DNA from: Phoronis australis
Taxonomy: Eukaryota; Animalia; Phoronida
Assembly: GCA_002633005.1 (NCBI GenBank)
Contig: NMRA01000832.1
Location: 4,679-44,592 of the forward strand
Direction: 5' to 3'
Length of the DNA: 39,914 bases
Positions 24,476 to 36,536 of the stretch are shown here, one piece after another. Numbering within the stretch: position 1 is the stretch's first letter; every line of letters starts with the position of its first letter. A program made the position numbers and the translations under genes. The notes under the pieces were generated by a model that was not told where the DNA came from, did no database searches, and worked only from the letters and a program-made list of their open reading frames with translations.

Positions 24476-24552
24476 CTGTGGAAGTTGTGTGGCGACCTGA
24501 CTTATTGTTCCAGTAGAAGGAGGAGTCAAGACGGTCACCTTGCCTGCATAAT
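24476..24552 (-). CDS. UTP25: UTP25 coding exon downstream of the AT-AC intron
   Basis: ...ccac|AT TAT GCA GGC AAG...CAG|gtaatg; (N)YAGKVTVLTPPSTGTISQVATQLPQ, resembling 'NMQGQVAV...TGSISHVLVQLPH'. Confidence 0.9.
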
Positions 24553-25426
24553 GTGGTCAAAGGTCAAGGAAAGTAGTGAACATGCTGTGCTGAAAACAGC
24601 GCATCTCATTCTTAACAACAACCAAGAGTACACAGATGCCATCAGCTGTATGTAGCTGGCTTGAAATCTAAGCAATCCTTATTCACTTATTTGACTTCTG
24701 AGTCGTATATTAAATTTATAGTTATCCCCTGCAGCAACCAACTATATAATAAGTGCTCAATAATTTTGAATGCAATCTGTATAAATCATTTATTTTCTAA
24801 TAAAATTAAGACTAAAATATTAATGTGTTTACAGCAGTGTAAGTGTTGATATTAGACGTATTGCCAACCTACCTACTCATCTCAGAGCAGTGAGAATAGG
24901 ACGAGAGGAAACAAACCATTAGATGGCTTCAAAACAGTAAAAAAATGTAGATGGGTATGCTACAAACATGTATTAATCCACAACAAGACGAACAATGATA
25001 TTAAGCATCACTCGTACGACGTCACTCCTGAAGAAATTATTACACATCACTTTTTGCCTGAGGCTACGTTTCTGCATCATGCTGTCGTGAGTTCAAGGGT
25101 ACATTACCTTGGACACAATTTTGATATAATGTCAAAGGAAATAACTGAAGATTAATCCACCAGATTCACTTTTGGTTGTCTTCCTGTATTTCTCATTGAT
25201 AAAAGTATGACATACACCTCCTTTCTTCAGAATACATCCGCGTGACCTGTGAAAGTGTAACAATTCTGGACTGTTTTCATGTGGTCCAAGAAATTTGGGA
25301 AGGTTGTTCCATTGTACTCAACTGTTTGAAATTGTAGGGTGGACACAGCTACATGCAAAATTTTCCATCAACCTGATCATTTATATGCTAAAAAGCATAC
25401 GTTTTGACTTTTCACGAAAAGGATAT
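24553..25426 (-). other. UTP25: U12-type (minor spliceosome) AT-AC intron in UTP25
   Basis: 5' site ATATCCTTT from 25426, branch point TTCCTTGAC at 24571-24563, terminal AC at 24554-24553; splicing restores frame and homology (phase 1). Confidence 0.93.
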
Positions 25427-25595
25427 TGTGGCAGTTTTTGTTAAACAATGCTGTTATTTCTGGGCACACTATACTGCTGTAAACCAGTGTCTGCCTGTAA
25501 AACTTTGACCAGCCATTGAGCATCCACATTCGGACACGTGAGAAGTCCACGTCATGCGCTTCCTTGGGCTGCTGGTGAAGGTGCGACATGAGATG
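25427..25595 (-). CDS. UTP25: UTP25 coding exon upstream of the AT-AC intron
   Basis: ttgcag|HLMSHLHQQPKEAHDVDFSRVRMWMLNGWSKFYRQTL...FNKNCH; conserved 'HxVDFSRVRMW'. Confidence 0.95.
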
Positions 25596-25981
25596 CTGCA
25601 ATGACATGACGGTTAACTTGTGTTTATTACCATCCAGGGAATAACACTTCTACGACAACATTAAAGGCACCTAGCTTGCTAACAGATCTACAATTGTGAT
25701 CAAGTAAAATCTCAATAATATCTGGCAAAAGAATTACTGCGATTGTCAGTTTGTCAGTTTTCAACCCACAATTTTCCAAAACATTGTGTGATGACAGAAA
25801 TGGTACAGAATTTGAAAATGGTGAAAAATTACTTGGGGTTTACTAATAGCACTTAGGAAAAATGTGAAAGTAAAATCAGTCAGCTTGAAAATTAAAAGTA
25901 ACTGCAATTCATAGTAACAGTGACTTTTTAGGCAAGAATGTTTCTAATCTTGACCAATTTATTCCTGAAATATCACCTTAC

Positions 25982-26078
25982 CCCAATATGATCCCAGTTC
26001 TGCATCAGAAGCACATCTGTTTGGTCAAAGATCAACACTTCAATGGATGACAGGAAGTCAAAGTCTCTTTCACTCTCC
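25982..26078 (-). CDS. UTP25: UTP25 coding exon
   Basis: ttgcag|[33 protein letters not shown]|gtaagg. Confidence 0.95.
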
Positions 26079-26212
26079 CTGCAACAGAAGGATAAAAATA
26101 GCGGCCTGCGAAAAAATAGGCCAGGGAATCGCTGCTCAAAATCAAAGACCAACCTCAAGGTTAAAGCAAAACTTTAAAAGCACATATCAGTAACTTGGTT
26201 AACTGGACCTAC

Positions 26213-26369
26213 CCTTCTGCACCTATTACAGTCCTCAGTCCCAATGGAGAAGCTATGATGATATCAGACGAGTAGAATTCCGTGTACAGTTTGAGGCTTT
26301 TCTTAGAAACTCCCAGTCCTATTCGAAAGTGGTCATCTACATTGCCCATAAACATTGCTTCAAAATCCT
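26213..26369 (-). CDS. UTP25: UTP25 coding exon
   Basis: ttttcag|[21 protein letters not shown]...[22 protein letters not shown]|gtaggt; conserved '[12 protein letters not shown]'. Confidence 0.95.
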
Positions 26370-27196
26370 CTGAAAAGCCATCAGAAATCAATGACGAACA
26401 TGGTATACTTAAGAGATAACACAGCAGATTACTACTTAGTTTCATGGACTACATTATGCATGAATCCAAGTTGCGTTATGACAAGACTCATGTTCACTAT
26501 TACAACACCTTGAATGAATAAATCCCACCAGAGTTTATGGACAATGTAGCCTTTGTAAATTCTCTTGTTCTCAACAACAACAAGATTACGTTCAATAATT
26601 TCATTCTAAAGATAAGAAGCTTCAACTTTCACTTGACTGATTTGATAGTGATGATATTGAATAGAATCAGGGCAACAAGCTTTTCGCAGGTAAGATTACT
26701 TTCTCATACATTGACATTTGACTTTGGCACTTTGCCAGATAGTTCTAGACCTCAAGGCATGAGCATTCAATGCTTGACATGCATTTCAAACTGAGCACAG
26801 TCTATTTAATACTGAATATCCCCTTGTTCACAATCATATTAGTTCTGATTTCTTGTTGACAATTACGCACCTTTTAATAGGTTAACTTGCCCAGACTCTG
26901 GTCACCAGTTCCCAATGGCTAATTTGCAATTTATTCCTTATATTTGTTGGTATTATTTACCTAATCCGTTTAATGTCAAGTTAATATTTAGAATAAAATG
27001 GAAAAAACATCATTCCAGAGTGCCTCAGTAACAAGTACAATTGTTCATATCAGACATACAACAATGAAATACCATAGAGTAAAGAAATGTAAAAACTAAA
27101 GCTCTAAAAAGCTAACAACTGAGAAAAAATAAACTTCATCACATTATTAACAGTAACAGTAATCCTTTCAGACTTGAGTTGTTAATGAAATTACCG

Positions 27197-27297
27197 CTCC
27201 CACCCACCATAACCATGACCACTCCCACCCACCATGACCACTCCCACCCACCATGACCACTCCCACCCACCATGACTACTCCCACCCACCATGACTC
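27197..27297. repeat. 19-bp C-rich minisatellite (CCACTCCCACCCACCATGA)
   Basis: About 5 tandem units directly visible. Confidence 0.9.
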
Positions 27298-27649
27298 TTG
27301 CTTCTACAGTAAATCAAACAACTCATCAAACACAGAATCGTTTACTACACTGAAATTTACATACAAGAAGGTTGCAGCCGTAATTGCAAACTTGTTGCCA
27401 TAGGTGTTTGCATCAGTGCTCTGCCAAACAGATTTCACTACTATGAAAAAATCTCACCAATTTTGGACAAAAATAATTGCCGAAAATGCAGGTTTCCATT
27501 TTTCAAGAGCTTCTTTTCACAATTGTTGTGAATACCCATACATGTTAAAAATTTTGTCTTTTGATAGCTATGGTACAGAACTTGGATATGACAAAGCATG
27601 AAAAAATAAAAATTCCACCTGTCTGCCAAAACGGTGAGATTTTACCACA

Positions 27650-27942
27650 NNNNNNNNNNNNNNNNNNNNNNNNNNNNNNNNNNNNNNNNNNNNNNNNNNN
27701 NNNNNNNNNNNNNNNNNNNNNNNNNNNNNNNNNNNNNNNNNNNNNNNNNNNNNNNNNNNNNNNNNNNNNNNNNNNNNNNNNNNNNNNNNNNNNNNNNNNN
27801 NNNNNNNNNNNNNNNNNNNNNNNNNNNNNNNNNNNNNNNNNNNNNNNNNNNNNNNNNNNNNNNNNNNNNNNNNNNNNNNNNNNNNNNNNNNNNNNNNNNN
27901 NNNNNNNNNNNNNNNNNNNNNNNNNNNNNNNNNNNNNNNNNN
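27650..27942. other. Assembly gap (293 N)
   Basis: Run of N; the track ORFs spanning it are artefacts. Confidence 0.99.
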
Positions 27943-28406
27943 TTCATACAGCTACAGTAGGTAACTTACCAACCCTTCAAGTTTACAGAGCTGCCGGAGT
28001 ATTGGCTGACAGCTGGCTGACTGGATGGTTAGAGTCCACATTGCCCTCGGCACAGTCACTGACACCAGTTGCACCGGCAAATTTTTGTCTGACGATGACG
28101 ATGACTGGGTATCACTTTGTGTTGCCTCGGCTCAAACAGGTATCCCTGGTGACCCGACATTTCGCACTAAAATTTCTTATTCCGACAATATGAAAAACGC
28201 TACTTGATTGCACGCTAACATAGGACAGTGACTTTGCCCCCGCCAAATACGTCACGAGACTAAGCAGCGCTCCAAGCCGGTAATTTTTTTAGCTTCGTTA
28301 GAGAATATAAGTTTAATTTTTGGGGTTGAATTATTTGTGAAATTAATCAACAATTCATAGAAAACTATCCAGAGTTTATTCAGAATAAATTACAGTTCCC
28401 TTTTAA
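27943..28406 (-). mobile_element. Possible degenerate Kolobok-type DNA transposon end
   Basis: Minus strand reads TTAA-AAGGGAACTG from 28406, then a disrupted reading frame MSGHQGYLFEPR... from 28160 ending at a TG|gtaagt donor (27969). The 'YxFEP' start recalls KolX/P2RX7-C-like accessory proteins. Confidence 0.35.
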
Positions 28407-28832
28407 ACTGTTTTCGAGTACGGATCGTGTATTAGTTATGGGGTAGGTACTTCTTGGATCCTTATAACATCTTCTAACCATGTAATAAGGGTTAACAACG
28501 CGTGAGACAAGGACTTTAAGACAAAGAACTTGAATTTGTCATTGCTCTTACTGGACCATTTCCAGTCTACTCTAAACACACAAACTGTTTTTATAGAATC
28601 TACAATCAGGACCTTGTCTCAAGACTTTTCAGTGTCCAAAATTAGCAAGTAGTATCATCAGTTTTGTAACTTATTTGAAATCATTAGCAACTAAACAAAA
28701 ACACCCAATGCTTAAAATTCAAGAGTAATTCAGACCGGGGAAGTGGCGGAACAGCATTTGAGGCTGAACCCTGACTATAATCAATAATAGTTATAGATCT
28801 TCAATCAGATCCAGTAGTTAGGTGTAACTCAC

Positions 28833-28947
28833 CTGATCTTTAGACATGAGGAGGTTTGATATGATGTTTACAATACGCAGTGCTGAGTCCCTGAATGGGA
28901 CAACTATCAACACCTTTGGGCGCGTCAAGCCCTGGTCACGGTACTCT
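28833..28947 (-). CDS. UTP25: UTP25 coding exon
   Basis: cttcag|[39 protein letters not shown]|gtgagt; signature '[17 protein letters not shown]'. Confidence 0.97.
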
Positions 28948-29463
28948 CTGAAGTTAAATAGCCACAATATGAAGGACAGTGCAAGTAATCAGATAATAAG
29001 ACACAACAATGGCTTGTATTGCAGATTGAGAAACTACAGCAAAGCAGAGACAGATCGAGTTGCACTCATACTTGCCAAGTAATTGTTCAAACTGTTCATT
29101 CAACACTGCAGCGAGAACTACATAATATTTATGGAAAAAACACTGATGTATAGTAATTACAAAATTTAATCTCAAAAGCATCCCATAGAACACCAAGTGA
29201 ACTCAAAGCTGTATTACATGGAAACAGGAGTTACAACGTCTACTATTCAATACAAGCCAATGATCCTAGAAAGATCAATGTGCTTTTCACAAATTTATGT
29301 CACTGATAACCAGAACCACCAGTTTTGATTAGGCAGCTTGAAGCGAACATTATTGACTGAATTCCTCTCATTAACATACCATCCAATTAAGCCAGAACCA
29401 CTAAGATGACTCCAGATACACAAGGAACCAGCCAGAACTATGTGCAACTTTTGAAGGACTTAC

Positions 29464-29526
29464 TCTGTTATCTCTCCTTTCTTCATCTTAATCTTGGCAT
29501 TATGAGCTATTACACGACTCCTTGTT
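29464..29526 (-). CDS. UTP25: UTP25 coding exon
   Basis: ttttag|A TRSRVIAHNAKIKMKKGEIT(E)|gtaagt; phase 2-2. Confidence 0.88.
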
Positions 29527-30229
29527 CTAAAAGAATGTGAAAAAAATAATGTTAACTACAAAACAGCACAAACTTGATTAGACGACTGAAAGTATTTCAT
29601 AATGGCAAATGTCAGAATTCACAGCATCATAAATACATTGGTTTCTCTTCAAAAGACAGCTGATGCAGACAACAGTAGATGACTTCGTGTTAATGCATGT
29701 GTAGTTATGAAAGAACAGCAGATTATTTGTATTACATTATGAAGAACTTCAAATTGGAATCCAAATACTCAACAGTAAACATTGTCACAGTTTTGCAGAA
29801 AAACATTGGCTCAATTTTTCAGTTATCACAGCAAACTCAAAACCTGGCCAAATTCAAATAAACAGACTATTATGACAGCGTTTTCAAAGCTGAAATGATT
29901 CTTAACCTATTTAGCACACAATATGGCAGGCAAGAGGAATTTATTTCCATCGTCAAATTTCTCAAAAATACTAGTCTATTATTAATTGTGTTTGTACAGC
30001 ATAGATGTCATAAAACCAACTTATGGATAAGTTCCAAATACTTGTAGCAAGGTAAGAAGCATATGAAAAACAGAAAAACAACATTTTCGACAAATATTTC
30101 TATGCCAGTTAAGTAAAAAATTCATCAAGAATACCTAGTAAAAGGCATGTTATAGACCCCAGTTTCACGTCATGTATTGGCAGGAAGTCGAGCTTTGCCC
30201 GTTAGTTTGCTCTAGCTGACAATACTTAC

Positions 30230-30315
30230 TTAAGAACGTGATTGACAGCATGCAAGCAGTAGACCAAGCGAATCTCCTCCCCATTCTTCAAGTCCCTCAT
30301 TGGATAATAGAAGTC
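30230..30315 (-). CDS. UTP25: UTP25 coding exon
   Basis: ttccag|[28 protein letters not shown](K)|gtaagt. Confidence 0.95.
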
Positions 30316-31654
30316 CTGGAAGAGAAATAAAAAAACATTTTCAAGTCCTCATTTGTGTACTAATAAGGGACTCAGTGGTATTAACAGCAGCAAGTTCTGG
30401 TGGTAGAAACGTACTCTCGTAGACAATTCCTTCACAAAATTGTAAAATATAGTTCTTCCACCAAAATAGTGCAAAGCAACAGCTTTTTGTGCCTTCTGTT
30501 TTTCAACTCAGTCTGTGTATCGTCCAGTTTCGTCACAAACTGAAAGGCGTGAATTTCAACAGACTTATGTCAGATATCTATAAGACATAGCTTTAACTGT
30601 TTGACAAGGTGAATGTCCACACAGAGTATTTCAGACATTATTTACGTGAAATGCTCTCTTGTTTTAGAGACAAGAAATCAGGATAGTCTTACAATAGAGG
30701 GCGCACTTCTCAACTAAGCCTAAATACCATTAGAATATAAAACAATATATCGCTTGACTGTCGAGCCCAGTTTCCTCTTTGAGTGCAATAACTCTCCTAT
30801 GATTGGTGCTCACCATCAGCAATACCTCAAGTAGCCAGAACTAATGTTTTGCAGAACTGTTTCTAACTCAAGAGGCATTTTTAAATTGTTGTTTTGGCCC
30901 TGATGAGGGAAATTGAGTCATCAAAGTCCCTGCATAGTATTGATGGGAAAATCCATATTGGCCCTGCATAGTCTGATGCGAGGCTACTAAATTTCTGTAA
31001 ACATTAACTTTTTTTGTATTTTGAAATCATTTTGCATCAGCTATGTAGAGAAAAAAGACATTATGTGAGGTAAAGAACATTAAAATAAAGTAGAAGCATT
31101 TCATAATTTTTTTGTTTTATTTTGTTGTCTGCTTTTCTATCATTGATGTCTGCGAGGACCTCTATAGGCCAATACAGGAGACATTTATCGGCTCCTTTAC
31201 ATGACCTAAATGTCTTACAATCTCACGAGATGCCATTGAAGAAAACCACGCTAGCCCAGGTGCCCCAGCAATGATGACAATTTACATTCCTCCGAAACAT
31301 AAAGAGCAACTTCCGCTTTTTGAGGTGAAAGTCGTCGGCAACGTCGCGGTAAGCAAGAGAGAAATTTGCTGCAAAATTTTATATCAAATCTGATTTTTTT
31401 TTTTACGCGGAAATATAATAAAATACGCAGACAGAACATTTGAAAAAAGCGAAAATCCGCGTTTCCGCAGAAAATTCCAAGCCCTGAAAGGAGCATTGCA
31501 ATAACCTTATCAAATTTGTAAAATAATAGCTTTTTTAATTCAAAAGCTTATCAGTTTTAGTTGTAACCTTGCCATGACTACCATTTGCAGATTGTATCTT
31601 CAGTCCACTCACATTCGCTGAAGTGTCTTAATGGTCAAAATATCAGATACCCAC

Positions 31655-31876
31655 CTGGTAATTGTTAATAACACCAAACATTTGCTGCTGCAGTCGTGTC
31701 CATCTGTCCAGACCATCCAACTCTGGCACACACTTCTTGTTGACCTCATAGAGTTGTGACAGCAGTTTATGCTTCACATGACATGACTCGATCGTCCAGT
31801 CGTCTGGAAACTTGCTCTCAAACTGGTCAGGAACGCTATCTGGCTTACGGATGACACAACGCCCTATTGACGAGAT
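31655..31876 (-). CDS. UTP25: UTP25 coding exon
   Basis: tttttag|ISSIGRCVIRKPD...HVKHKLL...WTRLQQQMFGVINNYQ|gtgggt; resembles 'FTPLQKELFLIMNSYR'. Confidence 0.9.
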
Positions 31877-32491
31877 CTAAAAAAGGTGGATACTAAACGT
31901 GTAACTGAAGTTGCCGCATCTCACTACATCTGCGAGAACACAAATGAAACACATATATGACCAAGTCTGTTCTCGTTTTATAGGAAACTTGTACCTCAAG
32001 GCAACTGACCACATGGGACAACCCTTACTGCTTACAACTTTAAATTTGCTGCAAGCAATCAAAAGTGCCCATGTAAACACTTACCAATAAAAATCAATTA
32101 CATTGCATCATGGAGTTCACTGATTACTTCTGCAGCCAAGGTTACCCAATACAGACTAATAAGTTGATTGTTTCAACTTGACATGATTACTCCCACGACA
32201 TACTTTAAGTGCTTAACATCACCATTTACCTTGTTTTGGCTAGTGAGTACACTGTCACTGTCATTAAACCTTTCTTTATAACATGGCATATCATAACCGT
32301 GAATTCAATATCCCAAAAACGAGAAAATAGGAAAAACGTGACTTCACAACTGAAGATTTTGAAACTCCATGGACTTGAACGAGACGTATGAAGGAACGCC
32401 TCACCAGTGTGTCGTATCAACCAACACGCCAGTTTCGAGTACAAACTTGTGCCATGTCCGCGCTTCTGTGATGTCCCGTGGAAAAGTGAAA

Positions 32492-32593
32492 AGGGCCACA
32501 GCGTAGAGGGCCACAGCGTAGAGGGCCACAGCGTAGAGGGCCACAGCGTAGAGGGCCACAGCGTAGAGGGCCACAGCGTAGAGGGCCACAGCG
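32492..32593. repeat. 15-bp minisatellite (GAGGGCCACAGCGTA)
   Basis: About 7 perfect tandem units; they generate the spurious repetitive ORFs in the track. Confidence 0.95.
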
Positions 32594-33075
32594 AAGTCAA
32601 ATACTAAATTGTCACTATCACCACAAACGCAACGCCTCGCCATTCCTTACTACACCGTAAACTACGACAGAACAGCAGCAATATCTGACGACTTCTCACA
32701 CTAAACACAACAGATGATGACTAGTGCTGTGATTGGTTGTCTCAATTTTGCAAAGTATGTATCAACCAATAAATGCTGGTAACTTGAGATCAGCTAATTA
32801 ACATATCATCAGATAGTGTTTGCCGGTGTTCCAATTTGGCAGCTGATCGACTGATGGAATTGTTTTTTGTGTTTTTGATAATTTGGTGATTTTAAGCACT
32901 TTTAGGACAGTGAAATTGGGGCCCCTAAATTCAAGTACTCCATTGTATAGTTTAGCAAAGATATGAAAGTATTAAATAACGGCAATAGGTGGACACTTAC
33001 AAATACTGGATAAATAAAACTGATAATTGGTAATTGGTAAGTGCTGAGTTTCCCTGGACATCAACGAACACATAC

Positions 33076-33167
33076 CCGCTCCTCTTTCTTCGGCCATGTC
33101 TGACTGGAAGTGAGACCACTCGCAACTTCTTCAGGTAGATCCTGCTCAAAATGCACCCAAAAAGGAT
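33076..33167 (-). CDS. UTP25: UTP25 coding exon
   Basis: ttgcag|(D)PFWVHFEQDLPEEVASGLTSSQTWPKKEER|gtatgt; conserved 'DPFxxH'. Confidence 0.9.
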
Positions 33168-34026
33168 CTGCAATCATCACATTGTATGTTCAACTTGTTA
33201 ATCTTTTATCGCAAATAATGCCATGGCAATCAGTTTTATAAAATTTTTATTTTGCAGAGTTCAGTTCACAAATAAAAATTTTGTTTCTAAATTGCATGAC
33301 ATGACAGAAGGAACATATTGCACTAGTTGCATGAAAGCCATGAGTTCTGTGACGCCCATTGTGACATTTGGTTAAATCTTTCATCATTTGATACATTGGA
33401 CTGAAATTCATACAGTAATTCTACACTTAGTAAGCACACAATATGTGTGTCACATTTCTCCACTAAAACAAAGATTGAAGATTGAGAAACTTTCAGTTTA
33501 TGACCAGCATTGTTGGTACTATGCAGATGTCAGGGAAGTTAAAGTTATTTGTGACAATGTGAAGGAAATTTTGGGAATTATTTTTGGGCAAAATAACTGT
33601 AGAATTACTGTAACATTGTTGTAATTCAGGAATTTGTGATATCCCTTGAATTTATGAAAACGCCAAACTATCATTTTTGGCGGTATTGCAAAACTAGCTC
33701 AGCACACTTGTGTTCAATATTGTGACAACACAACTTCTGCAGTAGGCGAAAGTTTGGACAGTTATTAGCTAATGCATCAATTTCATTTTTTAGGGAAGAT
33801 TTTGCACATTAGGCAATGAAGGTGACATTTTCAAGGTAGACAATCTTCCACCCTCATGAACCACATGGTAAATCACCATGGCATTTGCATGAATATTTTC
33901 ATAGATTTCTCAACCGCATTTTCCTATAGATCTAAACGTATTCCACGAACTACATCATTCCATGTGATAACAACACTTGTTGCTCTTCAGCCAGACCAAC
34001 TCCACATTATGACAATCACATATCAC

Positions 34027-34416
34027 CTGGATATTTGGAACTAAAACTGTTTTCTTCTTCATTGCCATCATCAACATCTACCACATCATCATCACCATCA
34101 TCAGTATCTTCATCATCATTGATTCCATGACGTACAACTTCTCCTAACTGAGCGCTTCTTTTTTTGTTTGAGTGTTTACTCGAGTGCTTTGCGCCATCTC
34201 CAGTTTCTGTTTTGGCACCTGTTCCTTTGCCTGTGGAACTGTTTCCACAGTCACCCTCATCACTAACTTCATCACAATCATCGTCAGCACTGTCATCATC
34301 ACTATCATCATCATCGCCATCAAGAATATGGTAAACTCCATCCTCTTTGCCTGCTAAAGGTAACCCTGTCTGGCTAACGTCGACATCAGCAAGCTCCTCA
34401 TCAGACTCACTGGTTT
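34027..34416 (-). CDS. UTP25: UTP25 acidic low-complexity coding exon
   Basis: ccttttcag|(E)TSESDEELADVDV...DGDDDDSDDDSADDDCDE...EEENSFSSKYP G|gtgata; 390 nt, open, phase 1-1. Confidence 0.88.
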
Positions 34417-35280
34417 CTGAAAAGGAAAGATATTCAATCTATTTTTTGTCATTAAAAGCCGGGCAATAGCCACTGATAGAGGTCTTGGATTTGAGATCCC
34501 AATGTATGTTATTCAGTGAAGAAAACTGGTTTTTAAAATGCAAGACCCCTGTGAGAGACTATTACCACTTATGAAGCACACAAAATCTAATAATGTAAAC
34601 GAAACACTACAGAGAAGGAAAAAATAAGTAATTTTCAACAGTAAGGACAACGAAACGATGAATTTCATAATTTGCAGAAAAGATTCCTTTAGATCACTCA
34701 AGGCAGTTGCATTGATGTGTAAAGTAATACGAATACTTCACCTGATTATACTGAATTTAGGCATACAATTGAAAAGCAACAATCTTGTACAAAACCAAGA
34801 AATATTTCCAGAGGTTGTTTAAGAGAGTGTGCAATAAGGGCCTCATGAGACTACACGAGAGCACACTTACGCTTCCTAATGAAACTCCAGATGCTCTACA
34901 GTATAATTGCTATTTTTTCAACACCCAGTTGCCAGCTAAAAACAACACAACAACAGGAAATGTTTAAAATGTCATTCAACGTACAGTACAAGCTAAAGGT
35001 ATTCAGACAAAATGACCATGAATGTTTCCGTCATGACGGCCGAGAGGTAGCCGAATTCATCGTCAGAACAGACTTCAATAATGACAAAGAATGGAAAGTG
35101 AATTAACAGGAAAGTTAATTAGGCGACCAAGCCATTATGTAATTACAATTTCTCCACCCTGATAATAATTACCAGTATTTCTTATGTCAGCAGAATTAGC
35201 TATCATGACAGGGAAAATGGTATTTTGTCTTTAATTGTTAAGTCTTGAACTATATAAGCAGCATTTGAACAGAAGTATAC

Positions 35281-35386
35281 CTGAGTCACTAATAATTGCT
35301 CGGGCTACCGTAACGCCTGAGACAAGTTGTTGGTACGCCGAATCTTCCTCAATTTCTGACTCACTCGAAGAGGACACGTCTTCAAC
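35281..35386 (-). CDS. UTP25: UTP25 coding exon 3
   Basis: cttcag|VEDVSSSSESEIEEDSAYQQLVSGVTVARAIISDS G|gtatac; resembles 'SGYHRLL'. Confidence 0.85.
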
Positions 35387-35748
35387 CTGAAGTCAAGACA
35401 AAATGAAAGGCATTTCAAGAAAGCTGTCATGGTTAATCGAAGTGAAAATTTGTGAGCAACTTATGATGACTAAAACCAGGGATAAAACACTAAACCATGA
35501 TTATGACATAATTATCTTCCATTTGGTTACTGAAATGAAGCATGAACAAACGCTGTATATGATTAAGTTTTACTTTTACTAAAATCACTAAAAACAGGGT
35601 AAAGTCCCATGATTTTCGGTTTAGTGAGATCATACTACAAGTTATCTTTAAGGAGAAGTTCAACTGGTGTTTGACTAGTCGTCTTGAGACAAAACAAACA
35701 AAAATACGAAAACCATAAAAGTGTGAACCTCTTCAGCACAAATTAAAA

Positions 35749-35960
35749 TCAACAACAACTTGAATTAGGAATGATCTAACCAACAACAACTTGAATTAGG
35801 AATGATCTAACCAACAACTTGAATTAGGAATGATCTAACCATCAACAACTTGAATTAGGAATGATCTAACTAACAACAACTTGAATTAGGAAAGATCTAA
35901 CCAACAACAAATTGAATTAGGAATGATTTAACCAACAACAACTTGAATTAGGAATGATCT
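35749..35960. repeat. ~29-35-bp minisatellite (AACCAACAACAACTTGAATTAGGAATGATCT)
   Basis: About 7 units differing in the number of AAC triplets. Confidence 0.92.
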
Positions 35961-36499
35961 TTTTCTGACTGAGTGTTTGCGTTCACAGCACACAACCAAA
36001 ACTTAGAATAAGGTAGGAGTACCGTGAAAGCATTTCTATACATATGAGATTATTTTCTAATCTCAACAAAAGACAAATGTGTGAGTGCAACATCTCGCAC
36101 CTGCTTCTGAAATGGTCCACTCAGAATTACACTACGACTTGCACCTCGAAAAACAGAATTGATAAGAAACTGCTAGCACTACCAGTTCATTATAAACATA
36201 TTGTGAAAGAAAAAAATATGTTCTATTGACATTACAGCACACGCTGACACAAAGACGAGATTCTGTAACCAACAAACTTTATTCTAGTCTAGACCCTATT
36301 CAAATATTTTTCCATGGCATGCTGCGAGCGATGTTTTGATGTCACTGGTCAATTTTCAAGTTGAGATGAATGTGTCACGATTCATGGTATGCACAAAGCA
36401 AAAGACAAATGATTCTAAGTAGATTAAAGGAAGGTTCTTCAAAAACACATGACCTAATTATAACAATTGCGCCACAATTATATATAAAAGTCAAATTAC

Positions 36500-36536
36500 C
36501 TTTTCATCTTCTTTACTAGGCTTTAAATTTTCATTG
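36500..36536 (-). CDS. UTP25: UTP25 coding exon 2 (37-nt small exon)
   Basis: ttttcactttag|C NENLKPSKEDEK|gtaatt; bridges phase 2 of exon 1 to phase 0 of exon 3. Confidence 0.7.

Noticed and set aside
27561-28193. Track ORFs of 101-210 aa spanning the N run
   Set aside because: They are open only because of the Ns.
32226-32643. ORFs with LWPST, VALYA or GHSVE repeats
   Set aside because: Translations of a stop-free 15-bp minisatellite inside a UTP25 intron.
34417-35280. Second U12 intron (donor GTATACTT resembles GTATCCTT)
   Set aside because: Mismatch at the nearly invariant +5 C, no TCCTTRAC branch point, and a normal polypyrimidine-CAG acceptor.
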